Source: Hyperthermus butylicus DSM 5456
Lineage (GTDB): Archaea; Thermoproteota; Thermoprotei_A; Sulfolobales; Pyrodictiaceae
NCBI RefSeq assembly: GCF_000015145.1
Contig: NC_008818.1
Span: 1,350,001 to 1,382,000, forward strand
Length of the DNA: 32,000 bases
Direction: 5' to 3'
In this document: piece by piece, positions 25,999 through 32,000 of the stretch
Numbering within the stretch: the first letter of the stretch is position 1
Layout of the letters: each line of letters opens with the position of its first letter
Translations under genes and position numbers: made by a program
The notes under the pieces: generated by a model
The model's input: the letters and a program-made list of their open reading frames with translations, nothing else
Database searches by the model: none
What the model was told of the DNA's origin: nothing

Positions 25999-27003
25999 AT
26001 GACGAGGCGTGAGTTCCTTAAGGCTGGGCTCACAATTGCAGCTGTGGCAGCCGCAGCACCAGTGTCCAGGCTCCTAGTCGGAATAGAGGTTGCTAGTACC
26101 AGCAGGGATTCACAGCGGATCTACTACGAGTTCTTCGATGTAACAGATGATGAGAATAGGATAGAATACTATGGAGCCCTAGGCTTCGTAATTGAAAGGG
26201 ATGGAAGAAAGTGCGTAGCTAACGTTTTGCTCCCAGGCCGCTGCATTACCTATACAAAGCCTGTCTGGGAGGACTGGTTCCCTACCCCTCTACCAGTTGC
26301 CACTAAGGACTTCTATGCTCGGTGTATCCGCTGCGGCCTATGCTACTACGCTTGTAACTACATGGGATACCATGCCATACGCCTTGCCGGTTTAAGGGAT
26401 GGATTCAGCTTGCTGGGTGCGCCTACACTAGATAATCTATTGACGAATCCATGTACGCTATGCATGGAGTGTGTTAAGGTGTGTCCAACTGGCGCGCTGG
26501 CAGAGACTCCTGAGGATGGGGTGTCGGGAGTAGCTATTATCGACCCAGACCTCTGCTTGGCATGGAATAGTGGTGACTGCAAGAGCTGCGCAAAGGCATG
26601 CCCATACGGTTCTGAGGTCTTCGAGTTTACGTTTAACGAGTGGGGCATCCATACGAGGGTTAAAGCGAAGGTGGTAGGCGATAAGGTGGTAACTCCGTGC
26701 AGGGGTTGCGGCCTCTGCGTGCAGGCCTGCCCGATAGGTGGTTCAGCGATACACATACTCCCACGTGACGAGTACATTCGGAGAGTGAAGAACTACAAGA
26801 ATACGGGTATGAGCTACGAGGAGTACCTCCAGCTTATACTTAAGACGGAGCAAGAGGACACGTTTAAGGCTACCTGGCGCTCAGCGATAAACATCGATTA
26901 CATCATGAACGTTCGCGGTCTTGAGGAGGAGAAGATCCAGGCGGAGCTAGCGCCCGCGGAGAAGACGGGGAAAGGGAGCCCGGAAAGGAGCATGGCGCAG
27001 TAG
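25999..27003 (+). CDS. napG: NapG-like Tat-exported poly-ferredoxin
   Basis: The ATG at 25999 gives MTRREFLKAGLTIAAVAAAA (Tat signal); the track start at 25909 is probably spurious. Four Cys clusters: CIRCGLCYYAC, CTLCMECVKVCP, CLAWNSGDCKSCAKACP and CRGCGLCVQACP. Confidence 0.8.
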   Translation: MTRREFLKAGLTIAAVAAAAPVSRLLVGIEVASTSRDSQRIYYEFFDVTDDENRIEYYGALGFVIERDGRKCVANVLLPGRCITYTKPVWEDWFPTPLPVATKDFYARCIRCGLCYYACNYMGYHAIRLAGLRDGFSLLGAPTLDNLLTNPCTLCMECVKVCPTGALAETPEDGVSGVAIIDPDLCLAWNSGDCKSCAKACPYGSEVFEFTFNEWGIHTRVKAKVVGDKVVTPCRGCGLCVQACPIGGSAIHILPRDEYIRRVKNYKNTGMSYEEYLQLILKTEQEDTFKATWRSAINIDYIMNVRGLEEEKIQAELAPAEKTGKGSPERSMAQ

Positions 27004-27015
27004 GAGTGAGCAGCC

Positions 27016-27945
27016 GTGAGGGCCAGGAGTTCGTTCGCGCATAAGCTGAAGCTGGCGATTCGTGGTGTACCACCACGCGGCAAGTACACTATTGCGAGGA
27101 GAGCCCTGCAACTGGCCATCCTCACATTATTCTCCACGCAGCTCCTCGTGTCGGGAGCAATACTTATGGGTAGCCTTGCTTCGAGCAGAATACTCCGCAC
27201 AATCCCCCTAATGGATCCCTTTGCCTGGCTCGAGCAGACCGCAGCTGCACATGGCCCCGCTCCAGAGTCGATAGTGGCGGTGTTGATTGTAGTCGCGATC
27301 TACAGTGTGCTGGGCAGGTTCTTCTGTGGCTGGGTCTGTCCGATGGATCTCCTCTTTAGCCTCTTTGAGCGTAAGCTAGCTGGCCCGAGGGCGCCTCCAC
27401 AGTCGAGGCCCCACATGGCCGGCAAGGTGGAAAAGATGATACCACTGGCAATGATGGCAGTCTATATAGTGCTATCGGTGCGGCTGGGGCAGCCATTCTT
27501 CACAACGTACTCTCCCGTGGCGGGCGCTACAAAGCTTGGATCCGCGATCGTGAAGATCTTGTTTAACATACCGGGGGCTGCAATAGGCTCAATCATGGCT
27601 TGGGCCACCATAACGGGGTTCGCCCTAATAGTCAACATCGCAGCAGAACACGTGTTTGGTGTCAAGAGGCTCTGGTGCCGCTACATCTGCCCAATAGGCA
27701 ACCTTTACGGCTACGTAATGAACCGGTATAGCCCGCTCGTGCTAAAGGTGCGGCATGCAGATCAGTGTCGTGGATGCATGCTATGCAGCATGGTGTGCCC
27801 AATGGGCATCGATGTGGCCAAGTATGTTGGGGAGGGACGCGATGTGAGGGACTACCGCTGCTTCCACTGTGGCCGCTGCGCAGAGGTCTGCCCATGGGGA
27901 GTCCTAAGCCTGGGTTTTGCCCCGCCACGCGCAAGGAAGGCCTAG
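27016..27945 (+). CDS. napH: NapH-like membrane quinol-dehydrogenase subunit
   Basis: 309 aa with about 4 TM helices. Membrane-proximal motifs FFCGWVCPMD and WCRYICPIGNLYG. C-terminal CRGCMLCSMVCP and CFHCGRCAEVCP. GTG start 12 nt after the napG stop, preceded by GGAGTGA. Confidence 0.85.
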   Translation: MRARSSFAHKLKLAIRGVPPRGKYTIARRALQLAILTLFSTQLLVSGAILMGSLASSRILRTIPLMDPFAWLEQTAAAHGPAPESIVAVLIVVAIYSVLGRFFCGWVCPMDLLFSLFERKLAGPRAPPQSRPHMAGKVEKMIPLAMMAVYIVLSVRLGQPFFTTYSPVAGATKLGSAIVKILFNIPGAAIGSIMAWATITGFALIVNIAAEHVFGVKRLWCRYICPIGNLYGYVMNRYSPLVLKVRHADQCRGCMLCSMVCPMGIDVAKYVGEGRDVRDYRCFHCGRCAEVCPWGVLSLGFAPPRARKA

Positions 27946-28046
27946 ATCATACAATCTATTTCTTCTTTCCAGGCATGTTTCGGCTAAATAGTAAATTAGC
28001 GTGAAGGGCTAGGATTAGAGCGCGGGACTGTAAGAGGTGCATAGTA

Positions 28047-28415
28047 TTGGCTTTTGCCTCGGGATTCATGATAATAACGCAGCCCTACCGTAGCGAGCCC
28101 AAGAGGAGCGAGGTTAGGCAGCACCTCGAAAGACTGGGCTTTGAGCTCTACGAGGTGGGCAAGGACGCTTTCATAGTGTTCTACGTTGAGGCGCCAACTC
28201 TAGCCGATATAGAGGAGATAATAAAGGCGGCAGAGCGGCATGAAGGCATTGCAAAGGCCTACGTGGTCTATGCATTTGCAGGAGACAACGCTACGAAGGA
28301 GTGGATTAACTGGGCGCTAGAGAGAGGCGAGATAGAGCTAGATGAGTCGATGATGGAGTATATCAGAAACATACTCGTAAAGCTGAAGGGGCCAGCAGGC
28401 ACGGCGAATCCTTAG
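28047..28415 (+). CDS. Small cytoplasmic protein, possibly a NapD-like (ferredoxin-fold) chaperone
   Basis: 122 aa; TTG start 8 nt after GAGGTG. The beta-alpha-beta-beta-alpha-beta-like pattern FMIITQP..VRQHLERLGFELYEVGKDAFIVFYVEA..IEEIIKAAERHEGIAKAYVVYAF resembles NapD (ISSLVV..LpGvEv..GKlvvvlE..GVl.a.lvY). It lies directly downstream of napH. The CDS itself is fairly secure; the function is speculative. Confidence 0.45.
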   Translation: MAFASGFMIITQPYRSEPKRSEVRQHLERLGFELYEVGKDAFIVFYVEAPTLADIEEIIKAAERHEGIAKAYVVYAFAGDNATKEWINWALERGEIELDESMMEYIRNILVKLKGPAGTANP

Positions 28416-28544
28416 ACAGCCCAGCCAGCTACATTATCCTGTGAACGCCTCTGACAAGCAACAATTACGGCTCCAACGCTCGTTATGGATAGCATGTTCA
28501 AGACCCCGCTACTAGCTGGGCTGCTCGGTTTCGTGGTGTAGTTT

Positions 28545-29493
28545 ATGCTACGTATTGTCGAAAACTATGATGGAACTGATCGCGAGATAAATGAGGCTTT
28601 AGCGAGGGTATATGATGCTTTTCATGTCGAGGAGAGATGGTGTATTAGACGCCTAGATGCCAGCGATATAGAGAGGTGGTTTAGGGATACCTCCCCCGGC
28701 GAGAATGCTCTATGCTTTATGGGTGATAATGTAGCTGGTTTCGGGTTTGCTTGGCAGGCTTCCGGCTCTAACTCTGTCTGGATAGTTATAGATGCCTCGG
28801 CGCCTATAGAGTTGCAAATGCATACGGCTAGGTCTCTGCTTGCATGGGCTCGTTTAAGCTTTGAACGCAGAGGCATACGGGGAGTTGCAGACCTTAGGTG
28901 TGGATTCTGGTTTGGGCATATGCACAGGATGATGACGGATCTCCTCAGGGCATCGGGGCCTGAAATCTCATGGGGGACGCTAATGGTGTATCAGGGTGGG
29001 ACTGAGAGGTATACAGCTCCTCGCGGCTACAATATTCGGCCGTGTAGCCTAGCTGACGTGCCGCGTATTGTCGAGGTTGTAAATGCTGCCTTTTCCGGGT
29101 ACGAGTGGTGGCACCCTATCAGCGTCGAGGATGTGTCTAGACACATTGAGAGGGAACGTTATCTGCTACGTAGCGCTTGATAACACTGGGAACGTGGTGG
29201 GATATGTTGATGCTAGCATTTACGAGGCTCTAGACGGCGGCCGTACCGCTGACATGGGACTTCTTGCCATCGACCCGGAGCATCAGGGTAAAGGCCTGGG
29301 CAAAGCGCTGATGGGCACAGTTGTTGGTGCTCTCTCCAGGCTAGGTGTTAGGCGCATAGTCCTTGACAGTGTTAGTTGTCTTGAAAGGTTCTATAGCAGG
29401 TTCGGCTTTAGGGAGTACCGTAGATGGGTTACAATTAGAACACCTATCCAGACTCTGCAACAGGAACTACCCAGCCTAGAGAGGTGGCGATAA
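28545..29493 (+). pseudogene. Tandem-GNAT N-acetyltransferase with one frameshift
   Basis: Track ORFs 28545..29180 and 29083..29493 join near 29145-29155 (..SVEDVSRHIE | GNVICYVALDNTGNVVGYV). The second half carries the acetyl-CoA motif LAIDPEHQGKGLGKAL and ends ERFYSRFGFRE. Removing a single inserted base restores the frame. Confidence 0.75.
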
Positions 29494-29710
29494 CAGTACA
29501 ACTACTAACGCTGACCAATGTTCAGCCGAGTCATCATCTTTACTCCCTTCCATGAGCACGCGAGCTTTAGAGCCATAGTCTACATCTGAATCCACAAGTA
29601 CGACTACCCAACGATAACACAGTGTACCATCCGTCTGGCTTCCCCAACCCTACTGATGAAGTATGGGGTGAAAAGGGTTGACCTTGACATTCGTTGTGAT
29701 TTCCGATGGA

Positions 29711-30562
29711 TTACCCCCTCATTTTCTCCATCATCGCTGATGCCGCGTAGCCTATCCATGCGACGAGCTCTACGAATGCTAGTGCGTCGCGTGCCGAGTA
29801 GGCGCGGTAACGTAGGGTATAGGCGTCTAGCCTCTCCGCCCTGGGCAGCAGCTGTGCCATGTCTGCGTAGAGGCTGTCGCGCAGCTCTACTCGGAGCTCC
29901 AGCTCGCCGTTTGGCTTTAGTGGCTGGGCTTTGCCGCGCTTCAGCCTCTCAACGGCTTCTCTGACCGCCTTCCTTAGCTTCTGCTCTACCAGCGACTTCG
30001 ACTCATACATGGCTGCAAGCCTTCCATACCCCTTCTTGAGCGGCAGGAATACAGCCCACGGGGTATGCTTCTCGACCTGGCTCCGGAGATGCTCATCCCC
30101 CGCAACCAGTACTACTGGAACACCGTGCTCGCCAGCGTAGAGCGCGTTTAGCAGGTACTCGCTAGCCAACTCGCCGTTGACGTAGATTCTGTGGATAACC
30201 CTGGAGCTGTAGGTGTGCTCGAGGAATCCACCTGTGGTGCCAGCGGCGGCGTGGTAGCCTATGAACATTGCAGCGTCGAAGCCCTCCTCCACGCCGAGAA
30301 CCATCGAGAATGGTCTAGGGTAGCCTTGCACTAGCCGGACACGCTCATCAACATCAATGTAATCTATGTTCGCCATGAACCCGTGGCTATCAGCTACAAC
30401 TACATCATCCACACCGAGCACTGAAAACTCGTCCGCAAGAACATTCACGATCCAGGTCATGATGCGGCGTGCATCCCCGTAGAGAGGGTAGCCGGGCGCG
30501 ACCTGGGACAGCGTTGATATGCCAGGTAGGCCTTCAAGGTCTACGGAGACGTAGATCTTCAA
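29711..30562 (-). CDS. dppA: Peptidase M55, D-aminopeptidase DppA family
   Basis: MKIYVSVDLEGLPGIS, VVVADSHG, FIGYHAAAGT..LEHTYS and GVPVVLVAGDEH match the DppA/M55 pattern. TTG start preceded by GGAGGG. Confidence 0.85.
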   Translation of the reverse strand: MKIYVSVDLEGLPGISTLSQVAPGYPLYGDARRIMTWIVNVLADEFSVLGVDDVVVADSHGFMANIDYIDVDERVRLVQGYPRPFSMVLGVEEGFDAAMFIGYHAAAGTTGGFLEHTYSSRVIHRIYVNGELASEYLLNALYAGEHGVPVVLVAGDEHLRSQVEKHTPWAVFLPLKKGYGRLAAMYESKSLVEQKLRKAVREAVERLKRGKAQPLKPNGELELRVELRDSLYADMAQLLPRAERLDAYTLRYRAYSARDALAFVELVAWIGYAASAMMEKMRG

Positions 30563-31013
30563 GGCTCAGAAGCCCTCCAAGATACAGCCTGATCCAGGGT
30601 AGACGGTTAAACATCCAACCCTGCAGTAACAGTGCCATCCCCTAGCAGGCCCGGCCCTTCCCTCCATGGAGGCTTGTAGCTCTGACAATTAGGCCTCTGA
30701 ACAATGCCTCGACGATGGTCTATCCGCCAGCCTACAGTTCCGTCCCGCAGAGCCCAAGATGTGACAGAGGGGTAGAGGCTCGGGAGCACAACACGATACC
30801 GCGGCCAAGCATCCAGAACAGCCATGCATGCTGGCCCGGCTCACGTGGCTCGCCGGTAGCTGCAGGATGTGTGGCAGTCATCTGGCATATTACGGCCATA
30901 GCATTGCCCGGGTTTGCGGCTAGTAGACATGTATACTGCCGGCTAGGTGGCTAGGTATTTGGTCAGCCCTAGCGGTTATAATACTCTGGCTTGCCTGTTC
31001 CCCTAGCTAATGG

Positions 31014-31790
31014 GTGCAAGTGTTGCACCTCACCATCTACATTCACCCATCCTGCCCTGCCAGCCGCAACCTGGTGCTATACCTCCACGAGAAGGGGCTC
31101 CTTAACCGGGTTGAACTCGTCTCGACGGCACGGCCATCTACATCGGGTTTGTTGAGGGAGGCTGTGTGGAGCGTACCGTGGCTTGTGGGAGAGGGGGTGC
31201 CGCTTGCAACGGACCCCATAGAGCCCGGGGAGGCGGAGCTCATCATAAGGGAGTTTAGGACTACGAGGACCAGCAATCCGCTGGATGATTTCGCTGAGGC
31301 TATCCTCCACAGCGCTTACGCGTCCGCAGTAGCATATCTTCACGGTAGCCTTGAGCCGGTACTGGATTGCGACTTTGTCATGGCTGCTACTAGGGCCAAG
31401 CTGCGTGGTCTGGACGTCTCCCAGGTGCTCCTCGAGGCTGGGCACCGTGCTGCAGACCTCTACGCCGACCTGGAGGACAAGATAATGAGGGCCCTCGGGA
31501 TATCCTATGTACGCGAGCTCTACTGGGCCAGCGGCGGGAGCCTAAGCCGGGAGGAGCTTGTAGAGCTAGCAACACCCATACATGTCGGTGCGTGGCTGAT
31601 AGCCAAGGCCAGCCTTGGCCGGAGCGGGCTCCCCTCGAAGCCGGTGCCGGATAAGGCCAGGCTTGAGAGGCTCGCAAGCTTCGTTAGGAGGGGTGCAGCT
31701 GGCCTGCTTAGGAGGATTGAGAGAGAGTACCAGGAGGTTATGGAAGATGAAAACTACTGGAGGATACTTGAGGAGCACGGGCTAGCCTAG
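31014..31790 (+). CDS. Thioredoxin/glutaredoxin-fold N-terminal domain fused to a helical domain; function unknown
   Basis: 258 aa. [26 protein letters not shown] has a CPxS site plus a cis-Pro-like VP, the layout of a Grx-like fold. TTATAATA lies about 35 nt upstream of the GTG at 31014. Its stop overlaps the hemB stop on the other strand (CTAG at 31787-31790). Confidence 0.6.
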   Translation: MQVLHLTIYIHPSCPASRNLVLYLHEKGLLNRVELVSTARPSTSGLLREAVWSVPWLVGEGVPLATDPIEPGEAELIIREFRTTRTSNPLDDFAEAILHSAYASAVAYLHGSLEPVLDCDFVMAATRAKLRGLDVSQVLLEAGHRAADLYADLEDKIMRALGISYVRELYWASGGSLSREELVELATPIHVGAWLIAKASLGRSGLPSKPVPDKARLERLASFVRRGAAGLLRRIEREYQEVMEDENYWRILEEHGLA

Positions 31791-32000
31791 AACGGGCTGT
31801 AGCCCTCCCGGAGCCACCGAGCCACGTCAAGCGCATGATAAGTTATCACTATGTCTGCACCCGCCCTCCTTATAGCAGTTATTATCTCCATTGTTACGAG
31901 CTTCTCATCTATCCAGCCCTTCTCAGCAGCAGCCTTGACCATGGAGTATTCTGCGCTCACGTTGTAGGCTGCTAGGGGGTACTGGGGAAACGCCTCCTTA
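31787..32000 (-). CDS. hemB: Porphobilinogen synthase (delta-aminolevulinate dehydratase), C-terminal fragment
   Basis: My own minus-strand translation reads ..[66 protein letters not shown]. It matches the conserved HemB C-terminus (YqVSGEYaM..aa..GwiDe....E....kRAGAd.iiTY.A). The 5' part lies outside the window. Confidence 0.85.
   Translation of the reverse strand, partial: KEAFPQYPLAAYNVSAEYSMVKAAAEKGWIDEKLVTMEIITAIRRAGADIVITYHALDVARWLREGYSPF

Noticed and set aside
28417-28523. 9-bp perfect complement (CAGCCCAGC / GCTGGGCTG) flanking the napD-like/GNAT intergenic region
   Set aside because: The arms are ~90 nt apart with little supporting extension. This is plausible by chance in GC-rich DNA and is not convincing as a terminator or structured element.
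29653-29710. CTGATGA box suggesting a C/D-box sRNA downstream of dppA
   Set aside because: No matching D box (CTGA) or C'/D' pair occurs at the appropriate spacing.

Overview
Gene-dense archaeal chromosomal window, roughly mid-50s % GC by eye. Gene content (FEN-1, Tpt1, leaderless-style TATA promoters, Tat-exported respiratory enzymes) suggests a hyperthermophilic crenarchaeon of the Desulfurococcales/Pyrodictiaceae type; this is inference only. Left to right: (1) a vapBC toxin-antitoxin pair with a three-box operator; (2) a ~300-nt GC-rich structured-RNA candidate that I could not assign to any family; (3) a disrupted TnpB-like RuvC gene; (4) a glycan-related patch with a twice-frameshifted sugar epimerase, a Wzx-like flippase and an orphan APS kinase; (5) FEN-1; (6) a complete Isp-type membrane [NiFe]-hydrogenase operon (hynS-isp1-isp2-hynL) with a divergent maturation protease; (7) Tpt1/KptA, an AEC-type permease and an SDR; (8) an anchored mono-heme c-type cytochrome; (9) two uncharacterised genes; (10) a nap-like cluster with a giant 1249-aa NapA homologue, NapG, NapH and a possible NapD-like protein; (11) a frameshifted tandem GNAT, an M55 peptidase, a thioredoxin-fold protein and the 3' end of hemB. 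I found no rRNA, tRNA or CRISPR array. The leads I rate highest are the oversized archaeal NapA/NapGH module sitting beside the hydrogenase and a c-type cytochrome, the unassigned structured RNA directly 5' of the TnpB-like gene, a Cys-to-Asp change in the hydrogenase small-subunit proximal-cluster motif, and six ORF-breaking lesions spread over four genes. All family calls come from motif recognition by eye, with no database search.
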